Shown: positions 14,461 to 28,213 of the stretch, one piece after another
How positions within the stretch are numbered: the stretch's first letter is position 1
How the letters are laid out: each line of letters starts with the position of its first letter
Assembly (NCBI RefSeq): GCF_009914755.1
Contig: NC_060926.1
DNA from: the human T2T-CHM13v2.0 reference genome, Homo sapiens
DNA length: 64,000 bases
Reading direction: 5' to 3' (one strand)
Notes under the pieces: generated by a model
Told to the model about the DNA's origin: nothing
The model's database searches: none
The model's input: the letters and a program-made list of their open reading frames with translations, nothing else
Translations under genes and position numbers: made by a program

Positions 14461-14733
14461 GAAAGCAGTGGTATTACTCCATTACGCTCTCAGGAACTAT
14501 AAGTGAACAGAGAGTTTTAGTAACTTGCACAAAGACAAACAGGCATTAAACAGTAGAACTAAAACTGGTATCCATTTAAAGATTATTTATATTTGTATTA
14601 TTTTTACATTTGCCACTATTTCAATTTAAGATGGAATACACCGCTTATCGCATATGGATACACAATTAAATTTACTCAGAACAGTAGATGAAAAATTCAT
14701 ATGGTTGTGCAATACAATAAATATAACCAGAAT

Positions 14734-15040
14734 ATTTTTTATTTTTTATTTATTTTTTTGAAACGGTCTCACTCTGTCACCCAGTCTGGAGTGCACTGGC
14801 AGGGTCATGGCTCACCACAGCCCTGACCTCCCTGGGCTTAGGTGATCCTCCCACCTCAGCCTTCTGAGTAGCTGGGACTACAGGCATGTGCCACCACACC
14901 CGGCTAATTTTTGTATTTTTTGTGGAGATGGGATTTTGCCATGTTTCCCAGGCTGGTCGCAAATTCCTAGGCTCAAGCAATCTTCCCACCTTGACCTCCC
15001 AAAGTGTTGGAATGATAGGTGTGAGCCACCGTGCCTGGCC
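14734..15040 (-). mobile_element. AluJ
   Basis: Full antisense dimer. Confidence 0.93.
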
Positions 15041-16427
15041 CATATGGTTATTTTTGGTGAAGAAATTTTCAGGTACATGGTCATCCTCCACACTAGTTAG
15101 CCATTAAGTTTTCACTTAAAGCTCTACATCAGGGATCATAGCAAGTCAGGTTAAACAGTAAGACAAGCAAAGGCTTTAGCTTACTTAGAAAAGCAACTCA
15201 AATACTGTAGTTTCCTGTTTCTAGAAGGCAGGCTAAATATAATTGCATGGTAAGTTCTAAGTTTTCAAAATAGTATCAGAAAAAATAAGGAGGCAAGGGT
15301 AGTGACAGCATTTGGATTGACCTTGTAGATTCTGATACTGTAAACTTTCTTAATTTTAATATTTCACTCTCTTAAGATTTGTCCACAACATTTCATATTC
15401 TAAATAAACCACATCCTTCCATTACTGGAAGGGATATTAGAAATCAGTGCATTCGACAACCTCAAAATGAGGCCAGAAAGTTTATGGAATTTGCTTAGGA
15501 TTATGCAGATAGAGAGTGGCAAAATTAGGAGTAAAAGTCAAGTACAAGTAATAAAATGTTGTTGCTAGAAAGAACCACAGAGACCACTATTTCTAATCTC
15601 CTATTATTATAGAAGTAGAAGGTGAGATTTCACTAACACATAATATATGCAGTTTGTTAAGGCTTGTTTTTTTAGTAGGCTGGTAATTATTAGGGTAATC
15701 AATTATTTGAGACTTTTTCTTAATGGGTGAAAAAAGACTTCCACAATTTATTATTGGGCAATTTTTAATACAGTTTTTCTCTATGAAAGGAATGTATGCC
15801 CATTATATAATTCTGTATTATAAAGAAAATAAATAATAAAAAAATCACATACCATAACCCTACCACCCAAAGGTAACCACTATTGAAATTTTTTATGTAT
15901 TTCCTTTCAGCAATTTCATATAAAAGCATTTATTCACCTATTGTGTTAAACACACTTATATGGTATAAAAGCTAATTTCAACATAAGCATTTTCCATCTT
16001 ATTACAAAATATTCACAAACAATGACTGCAAAATTTCATATGATTAATATAACACCATTATTCTGAATTACTGTTCAGTGAAATAATCTGAAATGCTTCC
16101 TCGGTACTACCAAGCTATTAGCATTTGTACCCAGTAAAGATCCTAGTAAATCATTTTTCCTTGTATGAGAGTAAAGAATACGTTTTCCCACACTGTTAGA
16201 ATAATTTTTAAACATTTGTTGAAATGAAATTATTATAATTAAATTCAGAAATCAAGGGGAAGGAACCTATACATTTTTCAAGGAAATAAAACCCAAATAT
16301 TTTCTAGGTTAAAATCTCATACAGAATGAACACGTTAGTGATGTTAAGAAAGGGTAAAATTAGAAGCTTAATTTCAATATATCCAATTTCATGTTATAAT
16401 TTGTTTCTACTGATTCATACATCTTAC

Positions 16428-16466
16428 CTTGTAAAGATGACTTACTGAAGACAGTAACAGAAGTGG
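16428..16466 (-). CDS. COBLL1: COBLL1 39-nt cassette exon (ATSVTVFSKSSLQ)
   Basis: Strong pyrimidine tract ccctcttttatacccctccttctgtag| and donor CAAG|gtaaga. Symmetric phase 1/1 with no stop in frame. The peptide matches a longer COBLL1 isoform as recalled. Confidence 0.85.
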
Positions 16467-17290
16467 CTACAGAAGGAGGGGTATAAAAGAGGGTAAATTG
16501 ACTGTGAAGATGATGTTTGTTCAAGTATAAAACATCACTGAGTTGAAAAAGTAGTCTATGGATTACATAAAGCCACCACCTCAGGATAAATTTTGAAGTC
16601 TCTATGCAAAGAGTATGTAAATAATTGTCAGCTTCACTAAACTTTTATTTCTCTTAGTGAAACAGATTCATGTTGAATAAATGTTTGCATTTGTCTACTA
16701 GACATCATACAAACCAGCATTATCTAAGATCTCCAAATTTTAATACATCATTTCTATAGATTAAAACTGGGAGCTATTTCAAAAATTTTTTGAATTAGAC
16801 TGATACATTTCATAAGCCAACTTATTTTGGTGTTGACCTTAGGAAAAATTTGGCAAGAAACTTCCAAACTTGAATGATAATTAAGACTCAGACAAAATCA
16901 TAGTGAGTCCACAGTAATTCACACTTGATTAGAATAACAATGACTTTATATGTAAATTTTTATTTTCTGTTTAAGCCTCAAAGCCATGAAGAATTAAGTT
17001 AAATCCTACCAAAAAAAAAAAAATCAAAGAAAAAATATAAATTGTGGATGATGGCTAAAAAGACAAGTTTTAATTCCAATTTCAATAACTGAAATTAAGT
17101 TGTTATATTTAACTTGATTTATATTTATTAACATTTTGTTTTCTTATTCCTAATGCCAAGTAATTACTTTTATCTATAGGACCCATTAACTGCCATTATG
17201 AACTTGAGAACACCTTCACACAAACACAATGCACAAACATATACAAATATACACATCCCACTAAATAAATAAAATAAAAGTCTTACTTAC

Positions 17291-17519
17291 CTCTGTTGAC
17301 ATCCATCGCATATAATTCTCTTAGTCCCAGGTCATTAAGAGATTTTGTCAAGTCAAGAGGCTCCTGCGATTGATAATCTTTCAACAATAGTGTATGCAAC
17401 GGATCAAACTCACATTTGCTACATATAATAGGGGCAAGCTCTTGAAGCGATGCATGTGGACTCACTCTCACTATGGTCTTCTGTGTTTTCTTAAAATTAA
17501 TCACTACTCTCACAGTTTT
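17291..17519 (-). CDS. COBLL1: COBLL1 coding exon, 229 nt ([14 protein letters not shown]...LYAMDVNR), Cobl ubiquitin-like homology domain
   Basis: Acceptor gtgtttcag|AAA and donor AGAG|gtaagt, phase 0/1. The peptide is homologous to COBL VRLVVNYLRTQKAVVRVSP. Confidence 0.97.
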
Positions 17520-19235
17520 CTGAAACACATATTAAAGCCATAGTTGTACCATAATTCACTGAAACAAACACTCTACAATAATGTCTAGAATAATGAGATA
17601 ACCTACAGTTACATATTCAAACAATAAACAGTACTTTCCTATTTGGTGTGAAATTCTCTTTTTGATTAATGTTACTTCCTAAATCCAAAGCAAGTTCTTA
17701 GAAGCAAACACATTAGTTTATTTATTAAATAATCCAACCATTCTATAGTAAGATTTTAATTAAATTTGACCCTAAAAAACTAGCCTCATATCTAGTACTA
17801 CTCATGTTTTCACTTTGTTCCTTAAAATATTTACTTTAAAATTAGCAAATATACATAGTACAAAATTATGTATATTTTATCCTACCCTTTGAGGAATATT
17901 TATCTTTCAAATAATTTCTCTATTGCCTCAATAAAAAGGGGTATTTTGGTTAAGTCACTAAAATTTTTGTTTCTATTTGAAACATTATAAATGAGATAAT
18001 CCATATGAAAAGCTTAGCAGACTTCCTGGCACATAGTCATTTATCAATAAGAGAACATTAGCTATTGTGATTAACTTTTGTTGTTACTATTACTACTTTG
18101 GCTAATTTTAATGTTTTAGTAAAGAATATTTAAATCTCTTCATTAAATATCTAGTACTAATAATTTAAAATTACTACAAAGATTTTAAGCGTCTCATCAT
18201 TTTATGTAATTGAATTAAATCCTGTATGGAACTTAGCAACATGAGACCATACTAAGTGAAACGTACATTTTGCAGGTCCTTAAAGACCTTTATTCACAAA
18301 ACTAAGACCCTTTGTATAATCCCACGCTATAGCATAAATATAACTATTTCCATCTAGAAAAACAGCAGGGATATGTAATAAACACCTAGACAGAAACAAA
18401 TACCTAGACAGAAGGCAGTCCAATATCCCAATATATATTAATAATATTAAATCATATATTGTAGAAAGCAAGTATGTTTTAATATTTTCAAAAACTCACC
18501 TTCTTTGAAAAAAGCTTCATAACAATATGAAGAAAATGCAAGAATATGTATATTTAAGTCACATGTATCAATTTAATATACAAACTTTTATATATATTAT
18601 AAAATGAAAATGGTTGATGTTCATAATGAGAGTATTTCTTGAAACCCATAAAATTCTACCCTATTGCTTATAGCAATAGAACAATTTTAATAAGAACTGA
18701 TATTAGAATTATTGTGGTTAAACATTTTTGCATGAAATTTGTACATTAAAGAAAATGGAGTTAATGTGTGGCACACATTAATAGTTTAGATGTTAATAAA
18801 TTCAAACACAATGAAGAACTCGAAAAAAAAACAAAAACACACATACAAATAGATGTTAGTAAGTTACAACTGCTGCTTACCAAGTACACAGAAGCCAAAA
18901 AATTACTTTAAGAAATTATTAATTTTCATGAAAAGATTCTAAAACCTTCCTTTACATATACTTTTTAAAAGAGTAGCTTAAAATACAAATCATTCATAAT
19001 TGTTACATACTTATGCAATCATATTGATCATTTTAGAGCATTAAATCTAAAGTACTGCCCAAATTCTATTTAATCCAGGGATCAATAGCCAACTGAATCC
19101 TAAACAAAGTGCCTAGAAAAACATAATACTCACATTCACATCAAATTTAACCAGTAAAGTCCATTTTTATTTCACTTACAATGAGCTGCTGATAATGACT
19201 GAATAAGACATCAAAATATATAATGGAATTCTTAC

Positions 19236-19437
19236 CTCTGGTATTATAGGTGTAGGTTTTTTCTTATCCAACATTTTTGGCTTTAAAATTACCTTCTCTA
19301 CCTCCAACATTCCTATTGGTGTGTTTGGCTTAAATTTAATGTGGTTCTGTTCAGCTGACAACAGATCGATTGTGTAACTTGATGGATTTAAGTGATACTG
19401 TGCACAAAGGAATATCAACAAGTCCATCATAGGTTTA
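19236..19437 (-). CDS. COBLL1: COBLL1 coding exon, 202 nt ([22 protein letters not shown]...PTPIIPE)
   Basis: Acceptor tcttgttttacag|T and donor GAG|gtaaga. Phase 2 start completes the Ser codon from the upstream exon. Similar to COBL MMDLLVELC. Confidence 0.97.
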
Positions 19438-19561
19438 CTGTAAAACAAGAGTATTTCATTACCCGTTATTGTTTTGAGGATTTTCTTAGAATGCTTGTCT
19501 TCAATAGATAAACAAGTCTACAAGATAGTTTTTGGAAAAGCAGCTTAAATATTGAACTACA

Positions 19562-19865
19562 GGTCAAGCTACAGGCCAAGGCAGGAGGACTGCTTGAGCC
19601 CAGGAGTTGGAGACCAGCCTGGGCAACATGGCAAGACCCTGTATCTACAAAAAATAAAAAAAAAAAACAATAGCCTGCTGTGGTGGGTGTGTGCCTGTAG
19701 TCCCACCTACTCAGGAGGTGGAGGCCAGAGAACAACACGAGCTCTGGAAGTTGAGGTTGCAATGAGCCGAGATCGCGCCACTGCACTCCAGCCTGGGCAA
19801 CAGAGCAAGACCCTGTCATAATAATAATAACAATAAAAACAACAACAACAACAACAACAAAAATA
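19562..19865 (+). mobile_element. AluJ with shortened 5' end and (AAT)/(AAC)n tail
   Basis: Alu consensus from ggccaaggcaggaggactgcttgagccc. The sequence attgaactaca recurs on both flanks (probable TSD). Confidence 0.9.
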
Positions 19866-20336
19866 ATCTCCAAAAAAATTGAACTACAAGATATTTAAAC
19901 AGACAAAATTGTAATAGTTAAAAAGTCCTGGGATAGTCAAGAGAGCATAGATCCTAGTGTCAGTTCAACAACTACTTTTATGTTTTTACCAAATTGTTTC
20001 CAAATTATAAATTTCAGGAGGAGGAGTCCTTTCCTTACCCAAGAGCAGTCCTTCACAACACATTATTTGTAATATAACATTGGCAGTCTTTAGCTTATGA
20101 ATTGGTTACAAAGTTCTCATAAGAATGAAGCATTTGGAACCACCACCACCACTTTTTGGCTTTAGAAAACAGACTGTAAATATCTGCATAGGAAGTCCAC
20201 AAAATCCTAAAAGGTGTAGTACAAATTCTTTAATCATCCAAAGGTTATGAATATTCTCTAGGCACTGGAATCACAGTACAAGTATTATAGTATATCTGTT
20301 CTCATAGATCTAACACTCTACTGGATGAACTAAACC

Positions 20337-20572
20337 AAGTGTCAGCAAACCACAATGTGCAGGTCAAAATGGGCCCACAGTCTGTTTTTGTAAATACAGT
20401 TGTATTAGAAAATAGTCATGCCCGTTTGTTTATATAACGTCTCAGGCTGCTTTTGTGTTAGTTACAACAGCAGAATGGAGTAGGGTGACCACACCTACTA
20501 TATAGGCATAGCCCACAAAGCCTACTATTTTTATTTCCTGGCCCATGATAGAAAACGCTTATCAGCTCTTGT
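20337..20572. mobile_element. MER58A-like hAT relic
   Basis: gtcagcaaac...tgtttttgtaaatacagttgtattagaa...gcccacaaagcct matches the recalled MER58 consensus. Confidence 0.75.
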
Positions 20573-22095
20573 GCTAGAACATAAAATTGAAATAAAGTAA
20601 ATGCATGAGATAATTTCAAATAATGAATGAATGTTTAATACTATTGGTAATACAGGACTTATTTCTATAGAAACTTTCATACCCAACTTGGAATTCAGGG
20701 ATACTTACCAATTTTTTGCTTCCCTTTCCATAGATTCTCATTGTTGACACAGACTTATATTTTCATTCATATCACTGACAGAACAACATAGTCTCTGAGT
20801 CTTTCTTAATACTGTCATCCCTTAAGGAAAGCACACTAAAAAATCTTTGGTATCATGTGCTTTCCCCAAATGTCAGGTGATCCTAAACTGTTAGTTCACA
20901 CTTAAGAATAAGGCACTAAACCGCAGTGTGTACATCGTATTTTTACAGATGGAGGCATAGGTTCATGGGATTCACTTTAGGGTAATCGGGTAGCCAGCCA
21001 TCTGCATCCCACCTCGAAAGGGAAATGCACATATCAGTAAAAAGTTATTCTCCAATTTCTTGACTAGAGATATAAACCTGGTTACTGGCTTTTGGGAACT
21101 TGACAGGGAAATGGGGCTAGAAATCCCACCATTCAGTATGCTACTTTTATTTTAGTGCACCTGTTTTCATACGGCACGTCACCCCTAGTAAGCTCCCAGG
21201 CCTGCAGCCTCTGATGCAGTTCTTCCAGACAAGGAGTCTCCTGCAGAGGTGGGGAAGGATTCACTGTCGGACACTGTGTGGTCTTGAAGTCAAACAACAC
21301 GTTACATAGATTTCAGATCATCCCGTGTTCAGCCCCCATCTCTACTTTCTGTGGTCGCTGCCTACTCCTAGGCCAGTCCAATCTTTATGGGATAAGGAGT
21401 ATGTTTCTCAACGGTCCCTCACACATCCCTTCTCCCCCACATACAAGTAGCACCCTATTACTTGTATATATATAAAGAAAAATAAATAAATCAAAGGTTC
21501 TAAGTCCCTCAATTTAAAAAAAATTCTCAGGAATACATTTCAATTCTCAAAATACATTTCCTGTGTCTTTATTAGATGGTTGCATAATATTTAAGAGTTT
21601 TACATCCTTCTTTTGAGCCACAGGCTATGCCCATAAATGTATCTATATTGCCCATGTTTTGGCTTTAAACAGGACATTTTAAATTTCATCCAGAGAGAGA
21701 CTAGCAAAATGGTCTTGTGGAAGTTGATTTTTTGGTAATATGGTACTCTACAAGAGCAATTGGATGGCACATACCAATTCTAGACTTGGAAATAGTACTT
21801 TCTTTGATAGTAAATAAAGTTAAGAAGGATTAGGTAATGTCTAGTTATATACTATTATAAATGCAGTTTAGCTGGAAGAGAAGAGAACTTTCATTGCCAA
21901 CTGAAGGGGTAGCTGTCTGCTGTTGTCTATGAGTAAATGATGATACATGCAGACTGTATTTCTTTCTCTCTATATATAAATGTGTCAAGTAATAAATGTA
22001 AAAACATTGAAGCTCATTCTTCCAACATCTTTTACTTCTTAAATATACAGTTTTTTTGAATCTTTGCCAGAAATACATAAGTTAACAAGACAAAT

Positions 22096-22433
<338 letters not shown>

Positions 22434-23097
22434 TTATCCCTATTTTTGTGCCATAATTTTCATCGTTTATGTATAAACATATAAACATTTAAAATACATT
22501 TTTGATTTTTTTAAAAAGAACAATTTGATTCCTTGTGTAGAAACATTGGTATTTCTATCTGTGATAAATTAATTTTCTAATCTAATAAATAGTGTGGGTA
22601 ATTGGTTAAGAATATTAACATAATGGCCTATTCCCTCAGTCATTTTATTTATCTAGAAACTTTACACACTATATCAGATATCATGAGAAAAAAGTTGCCG
22701 ACTATATCATGACCTTTGCACTCAACACTGCCTATATGTTTTCTACTAAAAATGCCTCTTTGAGAGGCAACTGAAAACCACAGAAGTTCTTTATGAGTTT
22801 ATTCTCTCATTTTATAATTCTAGGTCCAATTCTTTATTCAATAATTTCAGAAGCCAAATTTGTCTTGAAAATATTCCTATTGCCAGACAAATAAATGCAG
22901 CAATCCAGAAAGTTCTGCAATAGACATAACTACATATGTGAATTTAATACTGCATATGAATTGTTTCTGGGGAAACAACTGAATTTTCAGTAAGTGGTAC
23001 TGGGAAAACTATCGGATGAAAAAGAAAAGTTGTGTATCTAACCTGATTCCTTACACCAAAGTAAGCTCCATGTGGATCTTTCTATGGTTTGTGTTTT

Positions 23098-23475
23098 ACA
23101 GTAATATGCCCAATGGAATTTTCTGCACTGATGGAAACGTTCTATATCTGCACTAACACAGTGGTTACTGGGATAGTGGACTCCCAAACCAAATTTTTTA
23201 TTCAAATTAATTTAAATTCAATATAAGTAGACACATTTGGTGAATGGCTGCCATACTGGATAGAGTAATTCTAACACGCTGGTTCTCAAGGTGTGATACA
23301 TAGACCAGCAGCATCAGTATCTGCTGGGAACTTGTTAGAAATGCAAATTGTCAAGCCCCAGCCCAGATCATTAATCAGAAACTCTGGGAATGAGGAAGAG
23401 CAATCTGTGCTTTGACAGGCACTCCAACCTATTCTGATCATACTGTAGTTTATGAAGTTTATGAAACTGATCTAG
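23098..23475. mobile_element. Adjacent MER3-like and MER5A-like hAT relics
   Basis: gatggaaacgttctatatctg (MER3), then ggttctcaag...gaacttgttagaaatgcaaatt...aatcagaaactctggg (MER5A). Confidence 0.7.
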
Positions 23476-23479
23476 AGAG

Positions 23480-24000
23480 AAGAGAAAAAAGAAACAAGTA
23501 AAATATATAAAATATCAGATGGTGTTACATGCTCTGACAAAAAAAAAAAAAATAAGGAAAGAAGTTAGGAATGTCCTAATTGAAAAATGACACCAGAATT
23601 GAGACCTTGAAGGGACTGGGATATCTGCGGAAAGATAGCTTTGACAAGTACAAAAACCCTGAGGCAGGAATGTGCTCTAAGTGTTTAAAGAAAAACAGAA
23701 ACTAGTCGGCTAGTGAAAACAATAGGCATGAAATCAGGGTGATAATCTTGTAGTGTTTAAAGGCCTTTCAAGTGAAGACTTGAGATTTTACTGAGTGAGA
23801 CAGAAAGCCTCCAAAGAGTTCTGAGGAGTGATGTGATCTACTCTACTTTTTAAAAGGATTACATTCTGGTTTTTGTATTCAAAATAGCCTGGAGGAGCAG
23901 CTACAAGGTTATTGCGAAAATTTAGGTGGGAGATGGTGGTGTCCTGGACTACTCAGATTCTAGATACATTTTGTAGGGAGCTGATAGGATTGAAGCTAAT
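23480..24000. mobile_element. L2 fragment
   Basis: L2-like purine-rich sequence (aaccctgaggcaggaatgtg...gagtgatgtgatct...tttaaaaggatt). Confidence 0.55.
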
Positions 24001-26337
24001 GCAGAAAGGAGACAGAGACAGAAAGAGGAGCTAGCCAGTGGAAAGAGGGCAGGATTGGAGGGACAAAGTGGCAGTGTTGCTGAAAGTAACCAACAGGAGA
24101 CCTAAAATGCAAATTTCAATGGTTTGCTATGTGATGTGCTTACTATAACTCTACAAGCCATCACTAAGGTTCTGGTAGCCTTGGGAGGTGTCAAATAAAG
24201 GATGAAATTTCAAAAGCAGAAACTGAAAAATATGAATCCAGAGGTGGTAAGGCATAAAGTCAGAGCCAGAGGTGACCCCAAGAACGTAAAACTCTTGGGA
24301 GTTTACAATGAGATTATAAAGGGCATTGAACCTTCCACAGGAAGTGGAACAGGGGTTCAGGCCAGCCTTACTTAGATCTTAAGCAGCAGAGTGACCTCAA
24401 GAAGTTAACTGGGTTCTGTGTGTACATAGATGTGAGCTCCCCTCTAGCAGGACCACATCTTAGTAATCTTTAGGCACCTGGCTAGGTCGCTGTTGTCGAA
24501 TGGGGAATTTAGAGAAAACAGTGATTAATTCTGCTTGAAAGTCAAGGGGCTCAAATGCATAGTAGACTAATACAACTGACACATGAGAAAGCATACTTGT
24601 TGAGAGGAGGTTCATATGCTTTAGAAAAAAGTAACATGGTGAAAGCTCTGTTGTTTTTTATAATTAATAAGCTTGTTTTGCCTAAGCCATACCATCTTTA
24701 CACAAAGGTGAGACATAAACATTAAATAGGGTTAAGATCTTTTCCAAAAATAGACTCAGACTAGTTTGAATGCTTTAAATATTTAATTGAAGCCTCAGCA
24801 TTCAGCACTGTAACACAGGAAAGCTGACCCTGACCACAAGATTTTGAGGTTGGGAATTACTGACTGTCTAGCTTTACCATAAAGGAGTCATAACACTACA
24901 AAAGTAGGACATTAACTTTTAAGCAGGTCGTGCTTCCAATGGAGCTGCCGCTGGGGTTAACTAGTCACAAAGTGCACCCACAGGAAATAAAATAATCGCT
25001 TGAATAGAGCTCAGAATTATCCACCTGGATGCCAAACTACTTCTGCCAAAGATAACAATTCTGGTTGGATAATCATCCCCTAGTTGATGCACCTGAAGGC
25101 AGTTGGCTAATGGGTTTGACCACAGGATCACCACAGAAAAGATGCCTGTCTTCCTGTTTCCTAAGGCAGGAGCACACGTGAGCAGTCCATCTAAAACCTG
25201 AGGCAAATCATTAAAAGTGGAAAAGGATTGGATGAACATTATAATCACTCCTCTATATTATTACACCACATTGAATTTTGGGTTATTTTATTACTCAGCA
25301 GAGTCTGCTTTGCATTAACATTATTTACAGAATTTTTTCTCTTGTAAGATAATATAATAATTTTCTAGAGGGCTGATTTTTTTTTAAGACTCTAAAAGCT
25401 CTTCTTTGAAATGAAGAAATCCCTATGAGATTTCCCACTTCTTTCAGAAATAAATAACAATTCCCTGGATTAGTTTCATATCTGTACCTTGTAAGTGCAC
25501 ACCAACAACCCAATTACACATACCAGTAATAGTACAGAAATTTTAAAACATTCTCTATTGCTGCTGATGTTTATCAATCTTATGCTAACCCATGTAGTTC
25601 AGTAATGAGTTCAGGAATGAAGCAGTGCTCTCTCTGTGTGTGCAAGAAATGAAATGTACCAGGTACACGAAACAAATAGACCCATTCTCAAAATTGAGAA
25701 TGCTTATTATGCTATAAGAAATATTTTGAAGAAAATAACACATGAAATTAAGATTTGAAGATAAATAGTAATAGGTCAGATTACTAAGCTGATAAGTTCT
25801 TAACATACTAAAAATAGATATTACTAAATGTAAAAAGCCCCACAATTTTTAGAAAGTCACCACTTTGGACTCTATCTGGTTGTTTATCTTAGGTGTTATA
25901 CTCAGAGCTAATTATAAATAATTACCATCATAAAAATTGTGATTTAAGAACACACCTACTAAACACACATACATGCCCCTTATAAAAACAAAAATACTAC
26001 AAATATATCTCACTATAATTGGGGCAATTTGAATATAGACAAAGGATAACATTTTATTGACATGAAAGATGGAAATCATTAACTGAAAAAAAGCAGGTTA
26101 CAAATAGCACGTACAATATAATACCATATTGTTGTAAAAAAGAAGTGCACATATAGATGGGTGTACATATATGTGCATGCCTAAGAATAAAAGGCTAGAC
26201 ACTGCAATGTTAGAAGTTGCAATCTGCCTGCTTAATGAAATTGCATTTACAATTTTTTGGCTTATCTGTATTTTCCAACTTTCTAAAACATCTAACTATT
26301 GCACTTGTAATCACAAAAATTTAAAAACTAAAATTAG

Positions 26338-26510
26338 TGCTGAGCACGGTGGCTCACATCTGTAATCCCAGCACTTTGGGAGGCCAAGGCAGGACAATCA
26401 CTTGAGCCCAGAGTTTGAGGCTGCAGTGAGCTATGATTACACCACTGCACTCCAGCCTGGGCAATGGAGTGAGACCCTGTCTCTAGAAAAATTTAAAAAT
26501 TAAATTAAGT
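26338..26510 (+). mobile_element. Alu monomer (FAM/FRAM-like)
   Basis: Single ~150-nt monomer with probable TSD aaaact(a/g)aaatta. Confidence 0.85.
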
Positions 26511-27106
26511 TAAAAAACTGAAATTAAAAAGGGTCATTATTATAAGGTGTAGACGCCAGGAAAGCAAAGGGAAGAGGGTGGCCCTGCCAGGAACAATGTT
26601 CTGAGGACATTTGTGAATACTTTGTCACCCCTTTCCCAACCAGGGGAGCAGGCAGGTGACAGAGGCTGACATTCTCCTGGGCTCAGAGCCATGGGGGACA
26701 TGGGAGGGCAATGACAGAACCTAGATGACAGGATGATTAAAAACTCAAATAGTACCGATTAAAAACTCAAGTAGTACTGTTATGTCTAGGTACTTGCACA
26801 GTTAAAATGCCAACTTTTGTTTTAGGCAATTACAGCAGAATAAGGATCTAAACCAAAATTTAAGCATCTTATATAGTTAAACATGGTTTGTACCACCCTA
26901 TAGATTTTTGACAGTTAAAAAAAAATTACCCTGCTATAAACATATATTTATCACACATTTGTCATCACTGGACACTTCTCAATAAATATAAATATGACGT
27001 GAACTTCAGAAATTTTTCTAGATCCATACTGTTGTTACTCTCGTTTTTTCAGCAAAAATCCCACACCGATCCCTTTATCTTGTCATTTTTCATAGTCTAC
27101 TTTTTC

Positions 27107-27120
27107 CCAATAGGTGGCGC
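27107..27120 (+). promoter_or_regulatory. CTCF-like binding motif
   Basis: CCAATAGGTGGCGC matches CCASYAGRKGGCRS at 13 of 14 positions, with several CpGs retained nearby. Confidence 0.6.
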
Positions 27121-27986
27121 TGTAATCCATGTAAAATGCTCCCGAGTTCCTCAGCGGACCAACCCTATGCCAGGCAAAACCGCGGGCTTAGGCTCAACTC
27201 TGCTGTAAACTGGTGCTATGGGACAGGTAAATCAGGCTGAAAAGCATGTGCGACATGTCTCTGGGTTATTTTATGTGAAAAGCCCAGAGAGGTGAGGTGA
27301 CTTGCTTGAGATCACACAGCAAGTCTAGAACAAACTGTAACTTCTAGTTGGGACTTCTAGCTTGGAGTTCTGTGCTTTCTTTGTGTTTTCAATTATGACA
27401 TCTCACATGTGCTCCAATCAAAACAAATTCCTATTTGTGGTAAGGGCGTAAAAGAAATATCTTCCTCTGTTATAAATGGTGCTTATTTCTTCCTCCCTCT
27501 TGTAGGAAAGTGTGATAGCATGCCATTGAATGCTCTCTCAACAGGCTAAGAAGGATTCGTGTCAATCTTTTCAGATTTCCCAAAATGAACATTTTGCTTT
27601 AAAAGTTTAGCCTGGAGAAAGGGAAAAGAGGAAAAAGGAACTAATACTTATTCAATGAGGAATAATTACCTATGAAGCTGATACCCGACTATAAGATGAA
27701 GACCATATACAGATCATATACAAATGTACCCACATATTTCCTTATTCTATGTGGTTTCTATATCTGTTTAGTCTATAAGCTCACTTTCATTAAAAATTAA
27801 CTTTTCCCAAGTACTAGCAGACACCACTGCTTATGCTGTTGTGAAGTATAGCATTTTCTGAGAAGAAGAGCCACGAGTTCTGTAACAGTAGTCCTTTAAT
27901 GTTCATTTCTAGAAAGGCAAGGAACTGCTTTGACTGGTGAAAAAGATGTTTATCGATTATATACATGATACACAGACACACAGAAA

Positions 27987-28213
27987 CAGGTTGAGTATCC
28001 CTCATCCAACATTCTTAAGGCATGAAGTGTTTTACATTTCACATTTTTTTTCAGATTTTGAAGTATTTGCATTACACGAGTTGAGCATCTCTAATCTGGA
28101 AATCCAAAATTTGAAATGCTCCAATAAACATTTCCTTTGAGCATCATATTCACACTCAAAAAGTTTTGGAATTTGAAGCATTTGAGATTTTGGATTTGGT
28201 ATACACAGTCTAT
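27987..28213. mobile_element. Tigger4/MER46-like TcMar relic
   Basis: Begins caggttgagtatccc and contains aaatccaaaatttgaaatgctccaa...atttcctttgagcatcat. Confidence 0.8.

Noticed and set aside
20900-21450. Locally GC-richer stretch that might be an exon or pseudogene
   Set aside because: No coherent ORF or splice pair. It resembles an ancient L1-type fragment but could not be assigned by eye.
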